DNA of 64,000 bases from a virus (taxonomy: Duplodnaviria > Caudoviricetes). The notes beneath the pieces are model-generated. The model had not been told where the DNA came from. It searched no databases and was given only the letters and a program-made list of their open reading frames with translations. The DNA is taken from IMG/VR virus record IMGVR_UViG_3300032259_000002, positions 1-64,000 of that record; one strand, given 5' to 3'. Numbering within the stretch: the stretch's first letter is position 1; the number at the start of each line of letters is the position of its first letter. Below are positions 1 through 8,878 of this stretch, piece after piece. The translations under genes were made by a program, and so were the position numbers.

Positions 1-1
1 T

Positions 2-247
2 CGAGGTGATTATATCTTTTTCCATTTTATCATAGTAAGAAAGATCATCTGAAACAATCTCCAGTACCTCATCTGAAAGACCTTTATATTCTAAAGCAAG
101 TTCTTTATTGGTCATGTTATTGTATCCAGAAAACCCTTCTTTTAGAAGATCAATTAATTCTCCTGGATTATAATGTAGGTGGCTTTCGTCTAATTCTGAT
201 AATTCCTTAATGATCTCTTCTCTGGTTTTTTGTAATTTTTTAGCCAC
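2..247 (-). CDS. Hypothetical early protein, truncated by window edge
   Basis: Manual translation: GTG start at 247 after GGAGG, MAKKLQKTREEIIKELSELDESH..., open to the window edge. Confidence 0.6.
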   Translation of the reverse strand, partial: MAKKLQKTREEIIKELSELDESHLHYNPGELIDLLKEGFSGYNNMTNKELALEYKGLSDEVLEIVSDDLSYYDKMEKDIITS

Positions 248-263
248 AGCTATCCTCCAATAT

Positions 264-728
264 TCAATTTATTTTCCAAGCAGTATAAATACACCTATCT
301 GGTCTTTCAGCACAACTATCATATAAAACACCATCTATAAAAATAGACATATGCTTTGCAGTCCTTATCAAATAAGTTCCTTTTTTAAATTGTTTTGAAA
401 AGGTAGATGGGTTCATTCTCTTCTGTCCTTTTTTAGCTGGGAAAGATAGCCTGCCTATTTTATAACCAAGAACCTCCTTCTGCTTATCTAACCATTTATT
501 TAAAAAGAATCCACGAGAACATTTTCTTCCTAAATCTTTTAAATAATCATAGGCCTCATCATAAGATAGATTAAAAGCTAAGGCAAAAGCCCTAACGGTA
601 CAGTCATTGTTCTGACGAGGTCTTTTACTCTGACTCCTGCCTCCATCGGTTTTTTGAAAAGGGTAAGAATAGATGGTCATATTTCTATGACCATCTATTT
701 CGTTTAAAGATATAATTTCGATATCCAT
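264..728 (-). CDS. Phage protein with Cys/His motifs (possible papain-like peptidase fold)
   Basis: NNDCTVRA helix followed by a KHMSIFIDG..YD strand; downstream of a strong promoter. Confidence 0.55.
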   Translation of the reverse strand: MDIEIISLNEIDGHRNMTIYSYPFQKTDGGRSQSKRPRQNNDCTVRAFALAFNLSYDEAYDYLKDLGRKCSRGFFLNKWLDKQKEVLGYKIGRLSFPAKKGQKRMNPSTFSKQFKKGTYLIRTAKHMSIFIDGVLYDSCAERPDRCIYTAWKIN

Positions 729-738
729 TTTATAATCC

Positions 739-1242
739 TTAATGTACCAAATGTTTCTGAACTACAATATCATGAGAAACCCCATCTACGCTGACACTGA
801 CATAGTTAAGATCACCCACAGGGAGTATGCTGGCTTCAATAAGTAAGGAGATACCAGGTAGTAGGTATAATGAAGCTTTTGCTGAATTAATAGCTTTTAT
901 TTCACTAGTATAAAACGTTATTGGAAATTCGGGATCATAGAGCTTTTTTATGCTATAAACATAAGCCTTCTTTTTCTCCTCTTGCTTGTAATTATAATCT
1001 ACGATAACAAAATCATGAAGTTTCAGACCCCTGCTGCTCTCACCAGTATCTAGGATAGCCCCTTTTTCCAGAAGTGATGCCATGGTACCACCAATAGATT
1101 GCTTTGTTCCTCCAAGCTCTTTGAGTAGGTCATTGGCATTCATGTAAGACATGTTTTGTCCTTCCTCGCAGCAACCACAGCAATTTATTGACTCGTTGTA
1201 AAAAGCATCCAACATCTTTATCTCATTCTCTGTGTATTTCAT
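739..1242 (-). CDS. Hypothetical early protein (N-terminal winged-helix-like segment)
   Basis: 167-aa ORF with GGAGG SD, first gene after the 1257-1316 promoter. Confidence 0.6.
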   Translation of the reverse strand: MKYTENEIKMLDAFYNESINCCGCCEEGQNMSYMNANDLLKELGGTKQSIGGTMASLLEKGAILDTGESSRGLKLHDFVIVDYNYKQEEKKKAYVYSIKKLYDPEFPITFYTSEIKAINSAKASLYLLPGISLLIEASILPVGDLNYVSVSVDGVSHDIVVQKHLVH

Positions 1243-1256
1243 TTTCTCCTCCGTTT

Positions 1257-1316
1257 GTTTAGGTTTCTCTTAACTCTTAAATATATTATATTATATTAGG
1301 AAACCCAATGCAAGGG
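1257..1316 (-). promoter_or_regulatory. Sigma70-type early promoter, copy 1 (TTGCAT-N17-TATAAT)
   Basis: Minus strand TTGCAT tgggtttcctaatataa TATAAT; 60 bp identical to 38706-38765. Confidence 0.85.
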
Positions 1317-1467
1317 AAAAGTGTGGTTATTTTAAAATAATTTTTAATAGCAATTTTATTAATAATTCCAAGACTTTATCTTTAAACTGATAAATAAATT
1401 AGCAATAATATAAAATATTATGGTATTATATATTATAGTTTTAAAAAAATAAAAGGAGAAAACACCA

Positions 1468-1632
1468 ATGAAGAAAGAAAAAAAGAATAATAAGAAAAAG
1501 AAAAGGGAGCTCAAGAAACAATACTGTTTCACCCTGCTCCCCTCTACTATGGATAAAGTAGAAAAGAAAGCTGATAAAAACTTCGCATCAATATCAGCTA
1601 CAGTGGAATCTATCTTAAGGGAGCATAGTTGA
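1468..1632 (+). CDS. Ribbon-helix-helix (Arc/CopG-like) regulator, 54 aa
   Basis: Manual translation MKKEKKNNKKKKRELKKQYCFTLLPSTMDKVEKKADKNFASISATVESILREHS; strand-helix-helix pattern; AAGGAG SD. Confidence 0.6.
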   Translation: MKKEKKNNKKKKRELKKQYCFTLLPSTMDKVEKKADKNFASISATVESILREHS

Positions 1633-1658
1633 TAGAAATTTATAGGAGGATTATAAAA

Positions 1659-2024
1659 ATGGAAAAGTACTATCCGGCATTACTTGTTATCTTATTTAGT
1701 TTAGGAATTATGTTTGGTAGTTTTATGCAGCATTCTTTTTGTTCTCCGGTAATCGAAGCCCAGGCAGTAGAAATAGTTCAGCAAAGAAAAATGCTAAGAG
1801 ACCAAGAAGATTTATTATCATGGCAAACTTACAATCTTGTAGAATATAAAAGAAAGATAAAAGAGATAAAGAAAAGAATGCGAAACACCGATGCTTTTTT
1901 AAAGAAAGCCGGTGCTCTTTATGGTATCGATTTTATGAAAAAACAAAAGGAAGAATCCGATCTATTATGGGAGGCATTGTCTTCTGAGAATAAAAAATCA
2001 ATGGGGGGAGGAGATGAAAATTAA
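1659..2024 (+). CDS. Membrane-anchored coiled-coil protein
   Basis: AGGAGG SD before ATG 1659; hydrophobic N-terminus followed by coiled coil. Confidence 0.6.
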   Translation: MEKYYPALLVILFSLGIMFGSFMQHSFCSPVIEAQAVEIVQQRKMLRDQEDLLSWQTYNLVEYKRKIKEIKKRMRNTDAFLKKAGALYGIDFMKKQKEESDLLWEALSSENKKSMGGGDEN

Positions 2025-2322
2025 AAAGGCAGCTCTTTGCCCGGAATGCGACGAAGTTTTTAATTTAGATAACTACAAGCAATGCCCTAAATGCCTGAAT
2101 AAGGAATACCTTGTTATTGATTTTCTATTACAAAAAGAAAGGGGAATTCCTTCTCTATCATCTGAAATTCTTGATTTTACTTTTATGGGAATAGATAAAA
2201 AAGTAAAAACATTTAAAATAAGTAAAAGATATTTAAGGATAAATTATAAAAAAGGTATAGTGGAAGAGACTGATTCTTTTATAGGAAATGATTGCTGGAC
2301 AGCTTGTCCGGAGATTAAATAA
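2014..2322 (+). CDS. Zinc-ribbon protein
   Basis: CPEC...CPKC motifs. Confidence 0.65.
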   Translation: MKIKKAALCPECDEVFNLDNYKQCPKCLNKEYLVIDFLLQKERGIPSLSSEILDFTFMGIDKKVKTFKISKRYLRINYKKGIVEETDSFIGNDCWTACPEIK

Positions 2323-2335
2323 GGAGTGATTACTT

Positions 2336-2635
2336 ATGGAGTATTTAAGAAAGAAATTTAAAAAGTGGTTAGGGATAGACAAAACAGAAAAAGAAATTGA
2401 AAGGCTTAAGAGATTATACTCTGATCTAGTCCACATAGGAGTGGATGCCCACTTTAAAGAACCCCACATGATTTTAATTTACTCTAAATTGAAGGGGGGT
2501 CAGATATCCCATATTTCTGCTAATTTTGATAATATAAAAGAGTTACATGCTTGTATAAGAGAATTGAAAAGCAAGTATCATACTAAAAAAGAAATATGGG
2601 ATGATCCCAGGCATCTCAGGAAGTTTGGTTATTGA
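2336..2635 (+). CDS. Hypothetical protein
   Basis: 99-aa ORF with AAGGAG SD, last gene of the short plus-strand operon. Confidence 0.6.
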   Translation: MEYLRKKFKKWLGIDKTEKEIERLKRLYSDLVHIGVDAHFKEPHMILIYSKLKGGQISHISANFDNIKELHACIRELKSKYHTKKEIWDDPRHLRKFGY

Positions 2636-2640
2636 ATTTT

Positions 2641-2676
2641 AATAAAAGAAGACCGCCCTGCCGTAACAGGGCGGTC
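2641..2676 (-). terminator. Rho-independent terminator at convergent junction
   Basis: GACCGCCCTG/CAGGGCGGTC 10-bp stem followed by TTCTTTT on the minus strand. Confidence 0.8.
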
Positions 2677-2732
2677 AATGGCCAGTAAAGGCCCAGGGAG
2701 GAAAGCGTGGTAGGCTAGGCCACGCGGAGAGA

Positions 2733-3047
2733 TCATTTTAAACTATCAATAACTTCTCTAACCCATTCTAGATCAGTATCTGCCCTTTCAAGCTTATCCA
2801 TATCTATTAATATTTTGACAGTTGTTAAAGTTTCCCCTGCCTTACTAATATCTATTTTATTAGACTCATATTGTTTTTTATCAAACACTCCTGCTCTACG
2901 GAGCCTTCTGTTTAATTCAGGGGCCAGATTGAGATGTACTTCGAACCTCTTAATATCATCTTGCATTTTTTCCGGAGATGGGAGTTGTTTTAATAAACTA
3001 CAAGCTGAGAAAGTAAGAACCATAAACAGTATTAGTAAATACTTCAT
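2733..3047 (-). CDS. Lipoprotein, possible spanin component
   Basis: Lipobox FSAC after a hydrophobic leader; directly downstream of the holin. Confidence 0.55.
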   Translation of the reverse strand: MKYLLILFMVLTFSACSLLKQLPSPEKMQDDIKRFEVHLNLAPELNRRLRRAGVFDKKQYESNKIDISKAGETLTTVKILIDMDKLERADTDLEWVREVIDSLK

Positions 3048-3226
3048 TTAGAACCCTCCTTTTCTTTTCCATCAACATACCCCTGGCCCACAACATAAGT
3101 AGCGGCCATAGCTACTATCTGCATTATAGTATCAGCAGATAATCCCAAAGCAAAGGCATCATTGCACGCTGTGAGTAACCCAATTCCTACAGTAATTAAA
3201 AACTTTCTTGATTTTATTTTTTCCAT
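3044..3226 (-). CDS. Holin
   Basis: 60 aa, KSRKF start, two hydrophobic segments, charged tail; near the amidase. Confidence 0.7.
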   Translation of the reverse strand: MEKIKSRKFLITVGIGLLTACNDAFALGLSADTIMQIVAMAATYVVGQGYVDGKEKEGSK

Positions 3227-3262
3227 TTATTAAATCCTCCTTGTTTTTATTTGTTTTTAAAA

Positions 3263-3604
3263 TCAGCCTTTGTAGTAATTATCATATTCTTTATATTTCT
3301 TTTTCAACTCATCAAGCCATTTTCTGCAATTTTCTTTATCCCAGGGATCAATAGCTTTAGAAAAGTCATCACCAAACCTATCTTTGCAATTGTAGATTTG
3401 TTTCTCCAGAAAAGAAATCCTCTCTTCCAGATCTTTCTTATCAAGCCTAACGGTCAGGGTGTCTATATCCTGCTGCTTTCCAAAATATTTAAAAGCGCCA
3501 TAACAACCAGATCCGGCAGTACCCAAAACTGTCAGAAATACTGATAAGGTAATTATAAACTTCATTATATTACTTGCGTTATCGAATCTATCTTTTATTT
3601 TCAT
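3263..3604 (-). CDS. Single-TM coiled-coil protein (possible i-spanin/antiholin)
   Basis: One TM segment then coiled coil with two Cys; inside the lysis cassette. Confidence 0.5.
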   Translation of the reverse strand: MKIKDRFDNASNIMKFIITLSVFLTVLGTAGSGCYGAFKYFGKQQDIDTLTVRLDKKDLEERISFLEKQIYNCKDRFGDDFSKAIDPWDKENCRKWLDELKKKYKEYDNYYKG

Positions 3605-3613
3605 TTTTATAAA

Positions 3614-4195
3614 TCACCTCCTCACTGATTCTATAATAGTTTTAAGTGTATTTCCCGGGCATGCTTTTTTACCAAAATGATAATGACCATAAAGGTCTTT
3701 ATCAGACCATCCCCAGAGATCTTTACAAGCCTGCCATAATATCATAAAACTGAGTAACTGAGCATGATTGGGCTCTGCTCGTTTTGTCCCTGAATGCCCT
3801 TCTCCATTAAAATTACCTACAAACATAACTGCTAAAAACTCAGCATTCTCATCCCCGGCCCTGTTTCTATCTCCCTGGCTCCAAGTAGCTTTATTAAAAT
3901 CATTACAGATATGTATTATTCCTTTTTCATCAATAGCCATCGAGTATAAAAGAGACTCCATTCCCTGTCCTGGAGCTACATGGCATTTGGGGCTTATATG
4001 GTATCTGGCGGTATCTACAATACTCATCCAGCCTAATTCCTGATGAGCAACTAAACCCTTTAATTTTGCAACTTCTCTTAATCTAAATATCCTACCTGAT
4101 GCATTTACTGGAAGAGTCTTTCTTACGTCCAATGGTAAGGGTAAACTCAAAGCCTCTACTACTTCAGTTATTTTTAAAAGTAAAGCATTTTCCAT
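3614..4195 (-). CDS. Endolysin, N-acetylmuramoyl-L-alanine amidase (Amidase_2-like)
   Basis: VAHQ, YHI and YGHYHFGKKACPG zinc-amidase motifs; ATG at 4195 preferred over GTG at 4204. Confidence 0.8.
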   Translation of the reverse strand: MENALLLKITEVVEALSLPLPLDVRKTLPVNASGRIFRLREVAKLKGLVAHQELGWMSIVDTARYHISPKCHVAPGQGMESLLYSMAIDEKGIIHICNDFNKATWSQGDRNRAGDENAEFLAVMFVGNFNGEGHSGTKRAEPNHAQLLSFMILWQACKDLWGWSDKDLYGHYHFGKKACPGNTLKTIIESVRR

Positions 4196-4207
4196 TTTAT
4201 CCACCTC

Positions 4208-4846
4208 CTATCTTAGAGTATCATATCGGTATTTTAAAGCTATACCAAACTCGCTTTCACGTACCTCAATACTGGAGCGGTATTCTTCTTTATAATAGAG
4301 ACTGATTATTTCTGTCAGATTAAAATCTACTTCTCCCCAAGTAAGATAATCTTTTTTATTATAAATATTATGTTGATACCAATAAACACCGGAAAGACGG
4401 GGAGACTCTCCCTTAATACGGTGAGAGTATCGGCCTACTCCTTGCTCAGACCCGTCTTGATAGTGATAAAGGAGCCCAGTGCTAAAAGATAGCTTTGACT
4501 CTCCTTTTTTATATAAATAGTACTTTGGGCCAAAACCTACAAAACTCTCATAATTTATATTATTGACTTTATTATAACCGACTTTGTAATCAAACCAAAG
4601 ACTCAATCTTTCCGTAAATTTTGGATTATAATCTAGGCCAACTTCTCCCATATCTTTAGTAACAATACTGGCCGCTTCTCCGTGACCATATTCCGCATAA
4701 AAAGATATGGGGCCAGAGGTATCCTGAATTTTTCCAGAAAGTGAGTAGCCATCTACCTCTCCCCTATAATTACTATAAGAAAGAGTTAAATCGCCCCCAT
4801 AACACAAAGTAGGAAATAGAAAAAGGATGCTGAATAACCACTTCAT
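4208..4846 (-). CDS. Signal-peptide outer-membrane beta-barrel (DUF481/YdiY-like)
   Basis: Signal peptide, alternating amphipathic Tyr/Gly-rich strands, C-terminal aromatic strand GIALKYRY. Confidence 0.6.
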   Translation of the reverse strand: MKWLFSILFLFPTLCYGGDLTLSYSNYRGEVDGYSLSGKIQDTSGPISFYAEYGHGEAASIVTKDMGEVGLDYNPKFTERLSLWFDYKVGYNKVNNINYESFVGFGPKYYLYKKGESKLSFSTGLLYHYQDGSEQGVGRYSHRIKGESPRLSGVYWYQHNIYNKKDYLTWGEVDFNLTEIISLYYKEEYRSSIEVRESEFGIALKYRYDTLR

Positions 4847-5097
4847 ACTCCCGGTACCTTTCCGGTTATTTGTGGTTTATAGACATCATTGTAGATCTTA
4901 TCTACTTTCTTTTCTAGGATGTCCATTCTAAGATCTATTTTCTCCATGGTTATGTATGCAGAAAAAGCTCCTGCTAAAATAGCTATGAGCAAAGCCTCTA
5001 TAATTCTGGTCACATTAATTTGAGGCTTTTGTGCTACAGTGGCAAAAAAAGGAAGATAAGTTCCAATACCATTTATTAAATCTTTAATAGAGTCCAT
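4843..5097 (-). CDS. Small membrane protein
   Basis: TM segment IIEALLIAILAGAFSAYI followed by coiled coil. Confidence 0.55.
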   Translation of the reverse strand: MDSIKDLINGIGTYLPFFATVAQKPQINVTRIIEALLIAILAGAFSAYITMEKIDLRMDILEKKVDKIYNDVYKPQITGKVPGV

Positions 5098-5139
5098 AAA
5101 CCGCCTCCTCCATTTTTTTCTGCATAATATATTTCCCCC

Positions 5140-5658
5140 TTAGGATATTCTTTTCCATTTACCATCATAATCCAGAATACCCAACCAAGTGTAATTCAGA
5201 TAACCTCTTTCTACTACCGGTACCCGGTTATCTATTATCCAACCCTCAACTTCTAAAACTATATGAGCAATCCCCCTTTCTGTCAGACAAAATACTATTC
5301 TGGAATTCTCTATTCCCCTGGCTTTACATAAAGCTTGGGCAGCTAAAGCAAATTCCTCACAGTCCCCTGTTATCTTACCTTTTCTATTCATTGATTCTAT
5401 AGGCCTTGCCCAATAATCCTTTTCGCCGTATTGGGATAAATCATCTATCTCAATGAATCTAGAAAAAACTTCTTCACGTATATTAATTAAACGTGTTAGC
5501 AAATCTATAGGACAACCCACCCCCTCTATATTACATCTTTTCTGCATTTGCAACCACCCACGGGGAGCAGGTACTGCTTCATTGAGGGTAAATGGTTCGG
5601 GTGTAGTACTACACCCGAATATACCAAATATAATAAATATAATAAATAAATTTTTCAT
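5140..5658 (-). CDS. Transglutaminase-like cysteine proteinase (BTLCP family) lipoprotein
   Basis: GDCEEFA Cys motif, HIVL His, IIDN Asp; lipobox IFGC. Confidence 0.75.
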   Translation of the reverse strand: MKNLFIIFIIFGIFGCSTTPEPFTLNEAVPAPRGWLQMQKRCNIEGVGCPIDLLTRLINIREEVFSRFIEIDDLSQYGEKDYWARPIESMNRKGKITGDCEEFALAAQALCKARGIENSRIVFCLTERGIAHIVLEVEGWIIDNRVPVVERGYLNYTWLGILDYDGKWKRIS

Positions 5659-5670
5659 TTCATCACCTCA

Positions 5671-5967
5671 TTAATTTGGAGTTCTTAAAACTTTAAATCC
5701 GGCGCCTCCGCTATCGTCAGCGCCGAAAGATATCCTTTTAACGACGCCCTCTGTTATGTCAAGGAGTAGAAAGCGCGTTTCGTCTGTGCCCGCCGTTCTC
5801 CTATTCGGTGCCGCGGCCTCATACGCGGCTCGATCTTCATATAAAACGTATGTAGTGCAAAGCTCAATACGTTGAGGCATGACGGTAGCAAAATAGAAAT
5901 AGTTGCCCTTGGGCGTAGTTGAGCATCCGGCCAAAGCCAGTAATATCAACAATCGTGCAAAGCGCAT
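5671..5967 (-). CDS. Lipoprotein sharing a C-terminal module with the 6213-7601 product
   Basis: Lipobox LAGC; ends GADDSGGAGFKVLRTPN. Confidence 0.55.
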   Translation of the reverse strand: MRFARLLILLALAGCSTTPKGNYFYFATVMPQRIELCTTYVLYEDRAAYEAAAPNRRTAGTDETRFLLLDITEGVVKRISFGADDSGGAGFKVLRTPN

Positions 5968-6200
5968 ATTGATGACTCATTTTGAAATATAATTGTTTGC
6001 TTCCTCACTTCTCGCTCATATTCCAGTCTATCGATAATGGCTTGCCGCGCTATCTGTTGCCGTGTTTTCCCGTTCCACGCTGCTGCCTTTGTTAATACGC
6101 TTGACTGTTTATCTGTCAAAGTGATCGTAATATCTACGGCTGCATAAACCGCACTACTCATTACTAAGAGCGCCACCAATATAGTTATAATCTTTTTCAC
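5946..6200 (-). CDS. Signal-peptide small protein
   Basis: MKKIITILVALLVMSSAVYA leader; RHH-like C-terminal half. Confidence 0.5.
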   Translation of the reverse strand: MKKIITILVALLVMSSAVYAAVDITITLTDKQSSVLTKAAAWNGKTRQQIARQAIIDRLEYEREVRKQTIIFQNESSICALHDC

Positions 6201-6212
6201 CTTACCACCTCA

Positions 6213-7601
6213 TTAATTATTAGGTATTCGTAAAAGTTTAAACCCAGCCCCGCCGCTATCCGCCGCACCGACTGAGACCCTTTCAAACGTCCCGTTATCA
6301 ACATCATATATCAATAAGCGCGTATTTCCGGCTGTTGCATCCCTATCAACCTGCAAAGTCGTTACGCTATTAAATACAATGTCAAGATGCGACGTATAAG
6401 AGCCGAAGAGAACACCGCCGCCAGCGTCTTGAGTATCAAACACCGTCCCGTCGGTCCCGCCATATCTAACAGTTAGCCCCTCATGTGCCGCGTCAGTTGT
6501 TATTTCAGGAGTGCCGGAATTAACGCTATTTTCGTATGCGTCTTGCAGAGTAGCTGCGCCAGTAACACCACCCCCTAACCCTGTCGCGTTTTGCGGCCTA
6601 GCGTCTTGAAACTCTAAAGCCGTAGCATCGTTTTTCTTTACTATTATTTTTGCAATAGGCACAACACGAGGGCGAGCATTTAAAAACGGCCCCAAATCAA
6701 AAGGGGCCTCTCTTGCGCTGCCTAATGCTAAATATTCGTCCTGAGAATACAGCAAGAAGAATCGGGGGTCTCTCCCGTTGCCTTCGGGTGACATAAAGAG
6801 ATTATGCGCCGCGTGCCAATTGTTATTGGTCATGGCCGTTAATCCGGTGGCCGGATCATCATAATTGACATTATCAAATTGCAGCAAGCCGAGGGTGCTC
6901 GTCCAGTTACCTAACGCGGTATGAAAAAGAGTAATCCCGGTTATCGCGGTAAAAGGCCCTATTGTATGTGATTGCATTTCGCTGTCAAAAAATGTCCCCG
7001 TAGATATATCAATATTTCGCGTTCCTGACTCTGAGGTAATTAGCCCATCTTTTACGAGCGGCCCGTTAACGTTCTCAACCCATAGCATGACGCGCTTATC
7101 AAATGCCGATACGTTCGGCCTTATATCTGTAATTCCTAAATCTGATATATCTGAGCCTGGGCCAGTCTGCCCTTTTGCGGCCTGTACCCGGCAAATCGGT
7201 ATAATGCTATCGCGCTCGGAGTCTGTGAAAAATGTAGCTTTCTTAACTAATCCTGAGGAGTAACCAAGGAAAGCGCCACTATCTGAAACCGGAAACTCCG
7301 GGTCAATTGCCGTCACATTATCAAAGCGGTATTCGGTCCCGTTAATATGAATTATGCAGGGCGCAATATCAACTTTGGTTATATCGCCGTTTCGTGTACA
7401 CTGGCACGAGGTCGGCCCGACTTCATGCTCATGTATCCCCGTGACCCCTGTAACGATACCCACATCTGTTGACCAAAGCGTCCGATCAGTAGCGGAAAGA
7501 GAGCGTGACATTTTCATGCCGTCTGGCGTTACTTCCCATCCCAGAGAATCAGCAAAGACAACTGACGGCACTAAAAGCAATAAAAATATTAAATATCTCA
7601 T
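6213..7601 (-). CDS. Fibre-like beta-rich protein with a signal-peptide-like N-terminus
   Basis: Start MRYLIFLL at 7601 (TAATG overlap with the upstream stop); Gly/Thr-rich; ends GAADSGGAGFKLLRIPNN. Confidence 0.55.
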   Translation of the reverse strand: MRYLIFLLLLVPSVVFADSLGWEVTPDGMKMSRSLSATDRTLWSTDVGIVTGVTGIHEHEVGPTSCQCTRNGDITKVDIAPCIIHINGTEYRFDNVTAIDPEFPVSDSGAFLGYSSGLVKKATFFTDSERDSIIPICRVQAAKGQTGPGSDISDLGITDIRPNVSAFDKRVMLWVENVNGPLVKDGLITSESGTRNIDISTGTFFDSEMQSHTIGPFTAITGITLFHTALGNWTSTLGLLQFDNVNYDDPATGLTAMTNNNWHAAHNLFMSPEGNGRDPRFFLLYSQDEYLALGSAREAPFDLGPFLNARPRVVPIAKIIVKKNDATALEFQDARPQNATGLGGGVTGAATLQDAYENSVNSGTPEITTDAAHEGLTVRYGGTDGTVFDTQDAGGGVLFGSYTSHLDIVFNSVTTLQVDRDATAGNTRLLIYDVDNGTFERVSVGAADSGGAGFKLLRIPNN

Positions 7602-8440
7602 TATATACCCCCCATGATCCACCATGCGGACTCATCCGATTTAAGTATAGTACTTTCTTTATAAGTATCAAGCCCGCTATAAACGTCAAAGCCTTCGACC
7701 TGTTCGGCTGCGTTCCCGTCAAGCTTACATTTATTAGTTGACCCTGAATCGGTATACTTAATCATAAGCGTTTGCGATGTACTAGTGTCTACAGCCGGTA
7801 AATTAAGCGTCACAACGTTATCATTCGCAAGACAAAAGATAGTATGGTCAGCCGTTGTTATTGTTTCCGATACGCTAGAAAGAACACGAAAAGCCGTTAA
7901 TACGCTGCCTGTTGCAAGCCCACCCAACCCGGTACTGCCGTCTGTTATTTTAAAAATATTTGCTGAATCTCTAACAATACAAGTGTCGCCGGAAACTAAC
8001 GTTGTTGAGTTATTTGTCGTTGTGTTATTCCAGCATATTAGATCATCTTGTGCGAAGTTGATTCCGTTAATCCCGGCCCCATTTGATACTAAAGCCCAAA
8101 AATCACGAAAAGATACTCCCGAAAAAGGATCCAGAACACTTTGCACCCTAACGTCTCCAGCGGCTGCAGCATTAGCAATAATGAACCTACTGCCCGTATA
8201 TATAAGACTTCCCTCATTTAGCCCCGGCGTACCGCCAGACCTTCTCACGATTAAGTTTCCGATTGTAGTTTGCCCCTCAAATACCGCCGTCGTTGCATCA
8301 ATTCTTTCTGCCACCATACCACCAGAGCTCACAGAATCAAAACTACAATCTGTGGTACATCCAGAAGCAGGTATTTCATAATCTACTGCCCATGAGGGAG
8401 TAGATATGAATAAAAACAGTAATATTAATAATTTCCTCAT
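7601..8440 (-). CDS. Fibre/spike-like beta-rich protein with a signal-peptide-like N-terminus
   Basis: MRKLLILLFLFISTPSWA leader; C-terminal TIFC..VTLNLPA...IKYTD...KLDG segment typical of fibre ends. Confidence 0.55.
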   Translation of the reverse strand: MRKLLILLFLFISTPSWAVDYEIPASGCTTDCSFDSVSSGGMVAERIDATTAVFEGQTTIGNLIVRRSGGTPGLNEGSLIYTGSRFIIANAAAAGDVRVQSVLDPFSGVSFRDFWALVSNGAGINGINFAQDDLICWNNTTTNNSTTLVSGDTCIVRDSANIFKITDGSTGLGGLATGSVLTAFRVLSSVSETITTADHTIFCLANDNVVTLNLPAVDTSTSQTLMIKYTDSGSTNKCKLDGNAAEQVEGFDVYSGLDTYKESTILKSDESAWWIMGGI

Positions 8441-8451
8441 AAATGCCTCCC

Positions 8452-8853
8452 TTAATGTAACACTATTTCTATATTCAAAGTAGTGGCCGTTGTTGACCTT
8501 ATCTTTAAAGAATCAATAGCAAAATTAGATGGTGAAAAATTCCAAACAGTATTAGATCCTTCTACTTGAATACCATTTAAAGAATTAGTAGTATCATCCA
8601 AATAATTAGGAAATACTTCTATAATCTGAGTTCCTTTATTCCGGACATATCCTAATCCACCAGATCTACCTAAATCCTGTTTTACTGGAATAGTAACAGA
8701 AGTATAGGTAGCCAAAGTACTATAATACTGATACCTTTTATTTGGTTTTAAAGTTGAGGTATCTACCGGATCAGATAGATCCGCACCCATAACACCACTT
8801 ACTATAAACAATAATAGTAATATAGCAAGCCCTCCTTCTTTTATTCTTTTCAT
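8452..8853 (-). CDS. Signal-peptide beta-sandwich protein
   Basis: Hydrophobic leader; beta-rich 133 aa. Confidence 0.55.
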   Translation of the reverse strand: MKRIKEGGLAILLLLFIVSGVMGADLSDPVDTSTLKPNKRYQYYSTLATYTSVTIPVKQDLGRSGGLGYVRNKGTQIIEVFPNYLDDTTNSLNGIQVEGSNTVWNFSPSNFAIDSLKIRSTTATTLNIEIVLH

Positions 8854-8878
8854 TTTCTTTTCCTCCTTTTTATTATTT

